A DNA stretch of 64,000 nucleotides from Dehalococcoidia bacterium (GCA_965219875.1 CBDCOW010000003.1:1002458-1066457); one strand, 5' to 3'; shown: positions 45,146 to 54,309, numbered from the stretch's first letter. Notes: generated by a model not told the origin, from the letters alone. Translations and numbers: made by a program.

Positions 45146-47209
45146 ATGCCGGTAGACCGCGACGTCCTCGACCAAATCGGACTCGAACCCGCCACCCAAG
45201 CGGAGCTTGACGCCGCCGCCGCCATCTCCCCGAGCGAGTTCTCCGTCTATATGACGCGCATGGAACTGCTCTGCGAGGAGATGAAGCAGAACCTCGTCAA
45301 CATGGGCTTCGCCCCGCACCTTGAGCTTTCCGACTGCATCGTGCCGATCTTCTCGGCGAAGGGCGACCTCGTGCTCGGCTCCGGCGGCACCTATCTTCAC
45401 GCCGCGACGGGCGCCATCCCCGTCAAGTACATGCTCAAGCACTTCGCCGACGACCCCTCCGTGGGGATTCGAGACGGCGACCTCTTCCTCTGCAACGAGC
45501 CGATCTACGGCGGTATTCACCTTCCCGACTTCATCACCTTCATTCCCATCTTCTTCGAAGGCGAGATCATCGCGTGGGGCGCGGCCTGCAACCACGAGCC
45601 CGAGGTCGGCGGCGGCGAGCCGGGAGGCTACACGCCGGCGGCGCGGTCGAGGTTCGAGGAAGGGCTCCACGTGACGCCGGTGAAGATCGCCGAGAACTTC
45701 ACCCTCAAGAACGACGTCGCGGAGATGATGGCCTTCATGGTCCGGGACGAGCGCATGTTCATGGGCGACATGCGCGCCCGCATGGCCACGTGCATGAAGC
45801 TGCGCGAGCGCATCATCGAGCTGTGCGAAGAGAAGGGCAAGGACTTCGTCGTCGGGCTCATCCGCAAGGTGCTCGACACGGTTTCCGACTCCGCCAAGGA
45901 GCGCGTCCGCTCCATGAACGACGGCGTCTACCGCACCGCCTACTTCTTCGACACCATCGGCGGCATCGAGCACGCCCTCAACGTGGCGCACATCGCGATC
46001 GAGAAGAAGGACGACACCATCACCGTCGACTTGACCGGCACGTCGCCGCCCACGGGCACGGCGATGAACGCGAAGCCCCACATGGTCAGGGCCCTGCTCG
46101 CGGCGGACCTGATGCAGTACTTCTTTTCCGACCTGCCGGTCAGCGCCGCCGTCCTCCAGCCGCTGAAAATCATCGCGCCGGAGAACACCTGGGCCAACCC
46201 GCCCGACGAGGACGCGATCTCCACCAATCTCCGCCTCCTCGGTCCGGTCACCAACTACATGCACACCTGCTTCGTGAAGATGATGTTCGATAGCCCCTAC
46301 CGCGACTACATCATCACCCCCATCGGCACCGGGGGCGGCCAGGGCCACTTCCAGGCCGGCGGACGCGACCAGTACGGGCGCGTCTTCGGCTACACCCGCA
46401 TCGAGGTCTCCAACGCCTCGGGCAACGGCGCCACCGTGGAGCGCGACGGCATGGACGCCGGCGTCTTCTGGTACGCCGGCTTCGGTGACTCCCGCGACAT
46501 CGAGTGGGTCGAGACCCGCTACCCCTACCTCGCGCTCTTCCGGACCCTCATGACCGACCAGGCCGGCTACGGCAAGTACCGCGGCGGCGACGGCGTGGGC
46601 ATCACCTACATCGTCCACGGCGCTTCCTCGCCGCTCCGCATCATCCACGCCAACAGCATGACCCAGTTCTCGGCGGAGCCCGGCATCATGGGCGGCTACG
46701 CCGGCGGCAACGCACCGTTCCTCGAAATCCGGGGGACGCCGTGGCGCGAGCTCTTCCACGACCCCAGCGTCACGTTGCCGCGCACCTTCCACGACATGCT
46801 CGACGCCCAAGACCTAATCCCCTCGTACCCCACCCAGATCAGCTTCACCGAGCTGTTCGCCAACGGCGACGCCGTCGGCTCCGTGGGGCACTCCGCCGGC
46901 GGCTACGGCGACCCTCTCGAACGGGACCTCGAGGCCGTCGCGATCGACGTCAAGCAGGGCATCTGCTCCGAGTGGACGGCGCGGCAGGTCTATCACGTCG
47001 CCTTCGACGAGGTCACCGGCTTGGTGGACGAGAAGAAGACCGCCCGCCTGCGCGCCGCCGAGCGCGCCGCCCGCCTGAAGCGCGGCAAGCCTTACCACGA
47101 GTTCCTGAAGGGCTGGGAGAAAAAGCAGCCGCCCCAGGAATACATGCACCGGTACGGCCCCTGGCCGTGGGCCGTGACCGGCGCCCCGCCCGCCGACGGC
47201 GCCCCGTAG
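45146..47209 (+). CDS. Hydantoinase B / oxoprolinase (HyuB) family catalytic subunit (acetone carboxylase alpha-like)
   Basis: 687 aa at Hydantoinase_B length with conserved blocks (DLFLCNEPIYGGIHLPD, GGYAGGNAPF). ATG 45146 lies 5 nt after the upstream TAA. Confidence 0.9.
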   Translation: MPVDRDVLDQIGLEPATQAELDAAAAISPSEFSVYMTRMELLCEEMKQNLVNMGFAPHLELSDCIVPIFSAKGDLVLGSGGTYLHAATGAIPVKYMLKHFADDPSVGIRDGDLFLCNEPIYGGIHLPDFITFIPIFFEGEIIAWGAACNHEPEVGGGEPGGYTPAARSRFEEGLHVTPVKIAENFTLKNDVAEMMAFMVRDERMFMGDMRARMATCMKLRERIIELCEEKGKDFVVGLIRKVLDTVSDSAKERVRSMNDGVYRTAYFFDTIGGIEHALNVAHIAIEKKDDTITVDLTGTSPPTGTAMNAKPHMVRALLAADLMQYFFSDLPVSAAVLQPLKIIAPENTWANPPDEDAISTNLRLLGPVTNYMHTCFVKMMFDSPYRDYIITPIGTGGGQGHFQAGGRDQYGRVFGYTRIEVSNASGNGATVERDGMDAGVFWYAGFGDSRDIEWVETRYPYLALFRTLMTDQAGYGKYRGGDGVGITYIVHGASSPLRIIHANSMTQFSAEPGIMGGYAGGNAPFLEIRGTPWRELFHDPSVTLPRTFHDMLDAQDLIPSYPTQISFTELFANGDAVGSVGHSAGGYGDPLERDLEAVAIDVKQGICSEWTARQVYHVAFDEVTGLVDEKKTARLRAAERAARLKRGKPYHEFLKGWEKKQPPQEYMHRYGPWPWAVTGAPPADGAP

Positions 47210-47211
47210 CC

Positions 47212-48159
47212 GTGCCCACGTCCCGCGAGCGGTTCCGCGCCGTGTTCGACGGCAAAGCCGACCGCCCCCCGTTCATCCCGCTCATGGCCGCCGCCGCGGC
47301 GCGCCTGATGCAAGCGCCGCTCCGCGACGCCTACGGCTACCCGGCGGTTATGGCGAAGACGCTGCGGGACTGCCAAGCCCTCTTCGGCTACGACGCCGTC
47401 GTCGTCTTCCCCGACCTCACGCTCGGCGCGGAGGCCCTGGGCTGCACACTGGAGTGGCCTGACGACGGCCCGCCGGTCGTCGCCCAAAGCCTCGCCTCGT
47501 TCGAGGCGCTCGACGCGCTGACCGTGGGGAGCATGGCCGCCGGCGGACGGATGCCGGCGGCGCTCGACGCGGCCGGCCAGCTTGTCGAGACCATTGGGCG
47601 CGGATGCGCGGTCCTCGGCGCGGTCACCGGCCCCGTTACCCTGGCCCGGCTCGCCTTCTCATCGCCGTCTTTTCTCGAAGGAGCGGACGGCACCCGCGCC
47701 ATTGAGCGGCTCGCCGCGGAAAGCCTGACCGTGGCACGGGCCTTCTTCGAGCGGCGCGTCGACGGCGTGGTCGTGCTCGAGCCCGATTTGGCCGAAGCGC
47801 CGCCCGCCGTCCACGACGCATTCACCAAGGCCTTCCGCACCATCCACAACCTGGCACAGTTCTACGACGGCCGCCTACTCCTCGCGGCGCGCGGCCCCGC
47901 GCCCATCGCCGCATCCCTCGACGCCGACGGCCTGAGCCTCGGCGGCTTGGACTTGGGGACACAGGTCGCGGGGGCGAAGCGCGGGCAGGCGCGTGGCGCC
48001 CTTATCTCAGCCGACGCGTGGAGCGACAACCTCGAAGAGACCGTCCGCACCATCGCCGACGATGCCGACGGCAGCCTCTACCTCACCACCGACGGCGAGG
48101 TCCCCCACGACACCCCCGCCGACAGCCTCCACGACGTCATGGACGCCCTCGAAGGGTGA
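47212..48159 (+). CDS. Uroporphyrinogen-decarboxylase (URO-D) superfamily protein (MtaA/CmuA-like fold), coupled to the hydantoinase operon
   Basis: N-terminus SRERFRAVFDGKADRPPFIPLMAAAAARLMQ (ERF..A..G...DR.P) is typical of URO-D/methylcobamide-methyltransferase-like proteins. GTG 47212 lies 2 nt after the HyuB stop. Confidence 0.6.
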   Translation: MPTSRERFRAVFDGKADRPPFIPLMAAAAARLMQAPLRDAYGYPAVMAKTLRDCQALFGYDAVVVFPDLTLGAEALGCTLEWPDDGPPVVAQSLASFEALDALTVGSMAAGGRMPAALDAAGQLVETIGRGCAVLGAVTGPVTLARLAFSSPSFLEGADGTRAIERLAAESLTVARAFFERRVDGVVVLEPDLAEAPPAVHDAFTKAFRTIHNLAQFYDGRLLLAARGPAPIAASLDADGLSLGGLDLGTQVAGAKRGQARGALISADAWSDNLEETVRTIADDADGSLYLTTDGEVPHDTPADSLHDVMDALEG

Positions 48160-48169
48160 CCACCGCCGG

Positions 48170-48300
48170 ATGTATCGCTATATGAAACCTCGCCGGAGCC
48201 TCCCGTCGGGGCGCTCCTCGTGGGCGCCCTCTCCTCCGGCCCCCTCTCCCGCCGGGAGAGGGTTGGGGTGAGGGCGGGGGGTGGCGGGGCGCGCCAAGGT
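48170..48300 (+). repeat. GC-rich structured intergenic repeat (related hairpin modules GGGCGCCC and CCCTCTCCC-gcc-GGGAGAGGG; no family TIR)
   Basis: Shares hairpin modules with the MITE-like family but lacks GGAGACCTTTGCGTAAC. It precedes a sharp drop in GC. Confidence 0.4.
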
Positions 48301-48333
48301 AGACGAAGCGCGCCCATTCATGAAAGCCAGCTA

Positions 48334-48837
48334 GTGGATGCTGTTCTGGTGAAAAACGCCGATCGGATGATGACGATCGCCAACCTGTTGGAGGATGGCG
48401 TCGAGCTAGGTTTCGCAGATGGGCGAAGGGGCCTCGTCCCCTTCGCCGACATTCCCGAGATCAAGGAACGCGCGGGCTTGGCCGGCCTTGAGTTGCCCAA
48501 CCCCTACGAGATGGTCCTCACAACGGCCCAAGGCGAGCGCATCGAGATTCCCTGGGACTTCGCCCGCCACTACTGTGACGAGTCCTACAGGCCAACCGTC
48601 GAGGCGCTCGCCATGCGGGGAAGACAGACGCTTGGCGAACGCATCCGCCATTTCAGGGAGACAGCCGAGCTAACTCAGGATGCCCTTGCCCGCTCAGCGG
48701 CTATCGGACGGGTCACTCTCGTTCGGATCGAGCATGGGGAACAGTCCCCTAGATTCAAGACGCTGACCGCAATCGCCCAAGCCCTAGGACGACCCGTCCA
48801 AGACTTGCTCTTAGAAGAAGGTCTCCATGTCCGTTAG
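48334..48837 (+). CDS. Transcriptional regulator: DUF2442-like N-domain + C-terminal XRE-family HTH
   Basis: C-terminus LGERIRHFRETAELTQDALARSAAIGRVTLVRIEHGEQSPRFKTLTAIAQALG is a Cro/C1 HTH. GTG 48334 or ATG 48367. It lies in a low-GC segment. Confidence 0.55.
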   Translation: MDAVLVKNADRMMTIANLLEDGVELGFADGRRGLVPFADIPEIKERAGLAGLELPNPYEMVLTTAQGERIEIPWDFARHYCDESYRPTVEALAMRGRQTLGERIRHFRETAELTQDALARSAAIGRVTLVRIEHGEQSPRFKTLTAIAQALGRPVQDLLLEEGLHVR

Positions 48838-49471
48838 TCAAACCCTCATCGTGTTTGACCATGACGGCACATTGGTGGACTCTTCTAGGATTCTCTATCA
48901 GGCCTACCGGCATGTAGCGGAGGTGTATGGACTACCAACACCCCTCTACTCGGACGTGACTAGTTCCATCGGTTGCGATGATCAGTTCACCCTTCTTTTC
49001 GGATCCAATAGACCTGAGTACGTCGACACATTCCTCGACTTCTATTACGCCCACCATCTCAGCTTAGTAAGACCGTTCGATGGAATTGCCACCCTTCTCA
49101 ATGATCTCCGCAAAGGAGGATACAAGTTGGGTGTGGTGTCAAATAAATTGAGGAAGGCAGGGTTGGCCGAGTTGCGTGAGTGCGGCTTGTCATCCTATTT
49201 CGACAAGACCATTTACAGAGAAGATGTGGACCGAGGAAAGCCGGATCCGGAGGGAATTCACCTGCTTCACGAGCAACTCGGTGTCCAGCCTCCAAACGTT
49301 GTACTCGTAGGGGACACGGAGGTCGACGTGCAGTGCGCTAAGAACGCAGGCATCAGAAGCATCGCTGCTCTCTGGGGCTATGGCGACAAGTTGCGGCTCG
49401 CCTCTCTGCGCCCTGACGCGTCAAGTCGCTCGCCTGCTGATGTCAGCAGAGCCTTGGCGGCACTGTTCTAG
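48827..49471 (+). CDS. HAD-superfamily hydrolase (phosphoglycolate-phosphatase-like)
   Basis: Motif I VFDHDGTLVDS, motif II VVSNK, motif III/IV K...GDTEVDVQCAKNAG. About 52% GC versus ~68% in flanking DNA. Confidence 0.8.
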   Translation: MSVSQTLIVFDHDGTLVDSSRILYQAYRHVAEVYGLPTPLYSDVTSSIGCDDQFTLLFGSNRPEYVDTFLDFYYAHHLSLVRPFDGIATLLNDLRKGGYKLGVVSNKLRKAGLAELRECGLSSYFDKTIYREDVDRGKPDPEGIHLLHEQLGVQPPNVVLVGDTEVDVQCAKNAGIRSIAALWGYGDKLRLASLRPDASSRSPADVSRALAALF

Positions 49472-49506
49472 GCGCTCACCTAGCCAACCGAGAGCGTAGA
49501 CCGCGC

Positions 49507-50718
49507 CTACACGATCATGATGTCGCGGGTGAGGGTGCCCGACAGGTCGACCGGGGCGTCCTTCTTGATGAGATAGGTGTCTTCGAGCTGCATGCCGCCG
49601 AAGCCCATCTCGAAGAAGGGCGACTCGAAGTTGATCGTCATGTCCTCTTCGAGGGTGAAGTCGCCGTGGGGGTACCAGCACCACTGCTCGTAGAGCTCGA
49701 GGCCGATCACGTGGAACATGCAGAGGCCCTTGCCGGTGACGTAGTCCGGGCAGCCGTTCTTCTGGATTGCCTCGACGGCGATGCGGCAGACCTCCGAGGC
49801 GCTGGCGCCGGGGCGCATGGCCTCCATCGCCGCCTCGCGGCCCACGAGCATGGCCTGGTAGTACTGCTTGGCCTTGGCACTCGGCTCCCCAATTGAGCAT
49901 GTCCGGCCCAGGTCGGTCCAGTAGCGCTCATACGTCCCCTCGAAGTCGAAGCGAATGAGGTCGCCGGGCTGAATCTGGTAGCTCTCGTAGTCCTGGCGCT
50001 GGAAGAGGGCCATGCCCATCCTCCCCACGCCGCTGATGCGCGAGGGCACGCTCCGCATCGCGTTCTCCTTGGCCAGGCGAATGTCGTGTTGGATGAGCGC
50101 CTCGTTGAACGGCGCACCCTCTCGCAGGGCGATCACCACGTCCTCGATGCCGCGGAGGTTTGCCTCGTTCGCCTTGCGGATGATCTCGATCTCGTGCGCC
50201 GACTTCACCGAGCGGATGTGGCGGAAGGTCTGAATCACGTCCACGTAGCTGCCCGTGAAGGCGCCCGTGCGTTCGAGCTGCTGCGCCACACGCACGTCGT
50301 CGAAGCCCAAGTAGGCGTTGGTGAGGCCCAAGTCGGAGATCGTGTCGCCCAACGCCTCCATCCGGTCTTCGTAGTTCTTCTTGCGGCCCTCCTCGAACGC
50401 GGCGAGGTAGCGCTCTTCCGCGGGCATCGGCTTGTAGTCGGAGGTCGGCGGCACGGGCTCGACCTCGCGCCCCACCGTCCGCAGCGCCGGCTTGAAGTCG
50501 GGGTCGCGCCACACGAAGGGCAGCTCGTGATTAGCGATGATCAGTGTGATTTCGCCCGCCTCGTCGCTGGGGACGATGGCGAACGGCCCGCCGCCCCACA
50601 GGTGTGCGTCAGAGCCCCAGCCCGCCGCGTAGTTGAAGTTCGGCCCCCCGCTCAGGACGGCGGCTTCGACGCCGAGCTCCTGTAGGTGGCTGGCGGTGCG
50701 CTCTCGGTTTATCAGCAT
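49507..50718 (-). CDS. M24 family metallopeptidase (creatinase/Xaa-Pro aminopeptidase-like)
   Basis: Creatinase_N-like N-domain plus pita-bread domain with metal ligands (DLIRFDFEG..., HVIGLELYE, EEDMTINFESPF). Confidence 0.85.
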   Translation of the reverse strand: MLINRERTASHLQELGVEAAVLSGGPNFNYAAGWGSDAHLWGGGPFAIVPSDEAGEITLIIANHELPFVWRDPDFKPALRTVGREVEPVPPTSDYKPMPAEERYLAAFEEGRKKNYEDRMEALGDTISDLGLTNAYLGFDDVRVAQQLERTGAFTGSYVDVIQTFRHIRSVKSAHEIEIIRKANEANLRGIEDVVIALREGAPFNEALIQHDIRLAKENAMRSVPSRISGVGRMGMALFQRQDYESYQIQPGDLIRFDFEGTYERYWTDLGRTCSIGEPSAKAKQYYQAMLVGREAAMEAMRPGASASEVCRIAVEAIQKNGCPDYVTGKGLCMFHVIGLELYEQWCWYPHGDFTLEEDMTINFESPFFEMGFGGMQLEDTYLIKKDAPVDLSGTLTRDIMIV

Positions 50719-50752
50719 GGTTTCCTCCTGTACGGACTTATGCGGGCGCGGG

Positions 50753-52162
50753 CTATGAGGGAATCGCGACGACGTCGATTTCCAGTTGCAATTCTGGGTA
50801 GGGACCGATCTCGTCGGCCCCGATCACCGTCGTCGGCGGTATCTTGCCGTCGTAGATGACCCTAGCGACGCGCTCCAGGGCGGCGAGCTTCGATACGTCG
50901 ACCAGGTAGAGCACCTGATGCACCACCCTCGATATATCCGATCCCGCCTCTTTCAGCAGCCTCTGGTAGGTGCGGTAGATGTGCCATGCCTGGCACATCA
51001 TCGTTTCCGATTCAGGGTCGTCGTAGTGCGCCAGGCCCATGAGCTTGCCGTGGTCGCGCAGTTGGTCGAACGTCACGATGGGGAAGTTTGCCTGGTCGCG
51101 CCCCGAGTAGCCGGTGAGGAAGATGAGCGGCCCTGCCTGCTGCGTCATCGGGATCGGCCCGCTGACGATCTCGGGGTAGGTCTTGCCGACCTTCTCCCAC
51201 TCGCCGCCGGGGACGACGGCCACCGAGTCCATCACCCCCATCGCGTCGGGGTCGCCGCTCAGACGCCCCGCGCCCATGGTGAAGCCGGTGATCGTGGGCG
51301 CCGTTCCCGGGTCCGGGTTGTCGAACGCGTAGAGCGGTACGAAGACGCCGACGTCCACCATCCCCACGCTGGTGCAGAGGTTGTAGCGCAGCATGTCGGT
51401 CAACGACGCGCCCTGGCTCTCAAGCAGCCGCTTTGAGTTGGAGCGGACCAACGCCATCTGCGCCTTGAATGCTTCGAGCGACACGTCGATGTGGTAGCTG
51501 CCGCTCGTCAGGAACGCGGACCCTTCGTCGTTCACTTCGGCGAGCCGGGTGGGCACTCGGCCCGTCTCCGGGTCCACGCCGTAGAGCCCGGAGGTGAAGA
51601 GCAGGTCGCCGACGCGGACCCCCTGCGGGTACGGAGGGCAGACCTTTTCGAGTCCAGGCACGTGCACCGCGGTAGTGGTCAGGCCGCCTTCCTCCGGCAC
51701 GATCGCGACGACCTCGACGATGATGCGGTAGTCGTCGTGGTAGCCGTTGTCGGTCATGCGAGCGATGGTCGTCGCCGGCTTCTCGCCGGGGAAGAAGGAC
51801 TGCATCACCCGCTCGGCGTTGCGGATGTCGCGCCAGTCGGTGAGGTACAGCCGCTGCCGGACGACGTGTTCGAGCGACGAGCCCTGCGATTCCAGGATGT
51901 GCGACAGGTTCTGGTAGACCTGCCACGTCTGGGCGTTGATCGGGCCCTCGCGCCCGTCGCCGTGGACGCCCCACGACCGGAGCCCCTCGATCGCGTCCTC
52001 GGGGAGATCGGGGAGCTTCCGGATGACCTTGCCTGTCTCCGGGTTCCGGGGCGTCTGCCCCGAGAGAAAGAGAAACTGCCCGGCTCGGGTCCCGGTAGGG
52101 GCTGCGCCCAAACTCTCAAGCTCGGCGGGGAACCAGAAGTCTTGACGGTCCAAGATACGCAC
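50753..52162 (-). CDS. Triple tandem RidA/YjgF-domain fusion protein (single-chain pseudo-trimer)
   Basis: Three successive ~150-aa RidA-like modules: LFLSGQTP...LYLTDWRDI; LLFTSGLYGVDPETG...YNLCTSVGM; LIFLTGYSGRD...YLVDVSKLAA...TTVIGADEIGP. Confidence 0.7.
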   Translation of the reverse strand: MRILDRQDFWFPAELESLGAAPTGTRAGQFLFLSGQTPRNPETGKVIRKLPDLPEDAIEGLRSWGVHGDGREGPINAQTWQVYQNLSHILESQGSSLEHVVRQRLYLTDWRDIRNAERVMQSFFPGEKPATTIARMTDNGYHDDYRIIVEVVAIVPEEGGLTTTAVHVPGLEKVCPPYPQGVRVGDLLFTSGLYGVDPETGRVPTRLAEVNDEGSAFLTSGSYHIDVSLEAFKAQMALVRSNSKRLLESQGASLTDMLRYNLCTSVGMVDVGVFVPLYAFDNPDPGTAPTITGFTMGAGRLSGDPDAMGVMDSVAVVPGGEWEKVGKTYPEIVSGPIPMTQQAGPLIFLTGYSGRDQANFPIVTFDQLRDHGKLMGLAHYDDPESETMMCQAWHIYRTYQRLLKEAGSDISRVVHQVLYLVDVSKLAALERVARVIYDGKIPPTTVIGADEIGPYPELQLEIDVVAIPS

Positions 52163-52267
52163 CTCGATGTCAGATGACGGCGCGGCCCTCCGGCTCCTCG
52201 GCCCAAGGCGGCGTCCGACGGGAGGATAACATACCGGCTCCAGCCTCAGGGCGGGTGGCGCCGCGGA

Positions 52268-53134
52268 CTAGCGAAGGAACGGCAGGATCACGTCCGCGAT
52301 GCGCCGGGGCTCGAACTCGATCACCTCGGCGCCGGTGTCCTCCAGCGTCGCCAGCGCGCCGTCGCCGAGCCGCTCCACGACCGCCGCGCCCTGCCTCCCC
52401 AGGTGCGCCTCGTCCGCCTTCGCCAGCTCGATCACCAGCGTCGGATTCGGAATGCGCCGCACCGCCTCGCCGAAGTCGAACGAGAAGTTGGCCTCGTAGA
52501 GCGGGCCCAGGCCGGCGCGGGCCTGGAGGAAGTCGATGGCGCGGGCTTCGAGCACCCCCAGCGTCTCGGCTGAAAGCCCCCGCGACGACATCGCGCGTTC
52601 GTGCCACCAGATGCCGGTCAGATTGGTGAAGCCCGCGGCCCAGTCGGCGAGCAGCCCCGCCGCCTCCGATTCGGCTTCCGCGGTGAAGTACCGGTCGACG
52701 ATGGCGTGGATGGCGGCGTCGCGGGCCTCTTTCGTCACGACGATGCTATGCGTCTCGCCGCACAAGACCAGCTTCGCGACGCGGTCGGGCCATCCCGCGG
52801 CGAGCGCGGCCCCGATCTTGTTTCCCGTATGCACCCCGAAGACGTGCGCCCGCTCGATCCCGACCACGTCGAGGAAGCCGGTAACGCTGCGCGCCAGATC
52901 GTGCATCGTCACCGCAGGCGGCAACGGATTGGAGCCGCCCGACCCCAGCGTGTCGAGCGCCAAGACCCGGCGCTCCTCGGCCAGCAGGGGCATGAGACCC
53001 GCGTAGACTCGCGACGACCGGGGGCTGGCGTGGAGCAGCACGAGCGGCGTGGTGTCCCCACCGCCTTCCTCGGCGTAGTGCATCTCTCCCATCGGTGTCG
53101 CCGCGTAGGCGTGCTTCAACGGCGTGCTCCTCAA
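52268..53134 (-). CDS. Alpha/beta-hydrolase fold protein (unusual H-T-G at the nucleophile-elbow position)
   Basis: LVLLHASPRSSRVY...VFGVHTGNKIG. Paralogue of 58057..58908. Confidence 0.75.
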   Translation of the reverse strand: MRSTPLKHAYAATPMGEMHYAEEGGGDTTPLVLLHASPRSSRVYAGLMPLLAEERRVLALDTLGSGGSNPLPPAVTMHDLARSVTGFLDVVGIERAHVFGVHTGNKIGAALAAGWPDRVAKLVLCGETHSIVVTKEARDAAIHAIVDRYFTAEAESEAAGLLADWAAGFTNLTGIWWHERAMSSRGLSAETLGVLEARAIDFLQARAGLGPLYEANFSFDFGEAVRRIPNPTLVIELAKADEAHLGRQGAAVVERLGDGALATLEDTGAEVIEFEPRRIADVILPFLR

Positions 53135-53181
53135 CCGGCCGCCTCAACTGCTTTGGCGGAATGTCCCGTGCCGCGACGATG

Positions 53182-53505
53182 CTACGAAGTTGGGATTAGG
53201 CTTCTGACGCGCTGTCCGCCGATAGCGACTACGCCCTCTGCGTTCAGGCCGCCGATCGCGACAACCCCGATCGCGTTGATTCCGCCAATCGCGACGACGC
53301 CCATCGCGTTGACCCCGCCGATCGCAACCAGTCCCATGGCATTCACGGGGGAGAACGTCACCAACCCCATCGCGTTGACCACGCTGAGCGCGACAAGACC
53401 GACCGCGTTGAAGGTACTCGCTGCCACGGCTCCGACCGCGTTGGTGCCCACCGCGACAATCCCAATCGCATTCTTGCCCCTGACGACTAAGTCCTGCGTT
53501 TGCAT
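53182..53505 (-). CDS. Small repeat protein: eight tandem 11-residue repeats x-N-A-x-G-x-V-A-I-G-G (33-nt DNA repeats)
   Basis: ATG 53505 preceded by GGAGGG 5 nt upstream. Protein KNAIGIVAVGT NAVGAVAAST FNAVGLVALSV VNAMGLVTFSP VNAMGLVAIGG VNAMGVVAIGG INAIGVVAIGG LNAEGVVAIGG. The opposite strand also translates repetitively (PPIATTPIAL...), so strand choice rests on the RBS and ATG. Confidence 0.45.
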   Translation of the reverse strand: MQTQDLVVRGKNAIGIVAVGTNAVGAVAASTFNAVGLVALSVVNAMGLVTFSPVNAMGLVAIGGVNAMGVVAIGGINAIGVVAIGGLNAEGVVAIGGQRVRSLIPTS

Positions 53506-53599
53506 GGTCCCTCCATGGCGCTAGCGGCCAATCTTATGCGAGGCCCGGCGACCCAGGCCGGGCGCAATGGTAGCACCTCGGGCCACGATCGAGCAGCTG

Positions 53600-54280
53600 C
53601 TATAGCCCCAAGATGCTCCGCACTTCGGTCACGCGGTCAATGACGTGGTCCGGGGGCCGCAGACCCGCCGGGTAATCCCGGCGCCGCCTGATCCAGGCGG
53701 CCTGCATGCCGAAGCGTTTGGCCCCGTCGACGTCGGCCGTTGGGTTGTCGCCAACAAACAGGGCTCGTTCCGGAGCCGTGAGTCCGGCCGCTCGGAGCGC
53801 ATCCCGGAATATCCTCTGGTCGGGTTTCTCATAGCCGGCCTCTTCGGAGACGATGATGAACGGCGCGAGCCGGTCGAGGCCCGCCCCCCTGCATTTGCCG
53901 CGCTGCCGACTCGTATCGCCATTCGTGACAATGCCCCAGGGCATCCCACGCTCGGTGAGTTCAGCGAGCATGGCGTTGACCTCCGCATCCGGCCTCGCGA
54001 GGTGGTCCATCGCCGAGCCGTACCACGCCGCCACCGATTCGTCATCCAAGCCGGTGTTGGGCCACTCGTTGAGCCATCGCCTGCGCGTCGCTTGGCGGGC
54101 TCCGTAGCCGTCCTCGTCCCAGAGGACCATCAACTCGACCGCCTCGTTCCGCGTCACGGAATGCCCGGCGGCGAGGTACTCGTCGTAGAAGGCCTCCGCC
54201 ACACTCTGGAACAAGGCCTCCCTATCGAGGAGGGTGTTGTCGAGGTCGAAGATCACGGCTTCGACCGGGGTCGCGTCCAA
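53600..54280 (-). CDS. HAD-superfamily hydrolase
   Basis: IFDLDNTLLD (motif I), VTNGD (II), K...GDNPTADVDGAKRFG (III/IV). Confidence 0.8.
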   Translation of the reverse strand: MDATPVEAVIFDLDNTLLDREALFQSVAEAFYDEYLAAGHSVTRNEAVELMVLWDEDGYGARQATRRRWLNEWPNTGLDDESVAAWYGSAMDHLARPDAEVNAMLAELTERGMPWGIVTNGDTSRQRGKCRGAGLDRLAPFIIVSEEAGYEKPDQRIFRDALRAAGLTAPERALFVGDNPTADVDGAKRFGMQAAWIRRRRDYPAGLRPPDHVIDRVTEVRSILGL

Positions 54281-54309
54281 CGTCGGCTTCAGTCCTTTCG
54301 CCGCGGCGC

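Noticed and set aside
53182-53524. Plus-strand repetitive translation (PPIATTPIAL...) within ORF 52601..53524
   Set aside because: No start or RBS and it overlaps the upstream hydrolase gene antisense. The minus-strand ORF has ATG plus GGAGGG.
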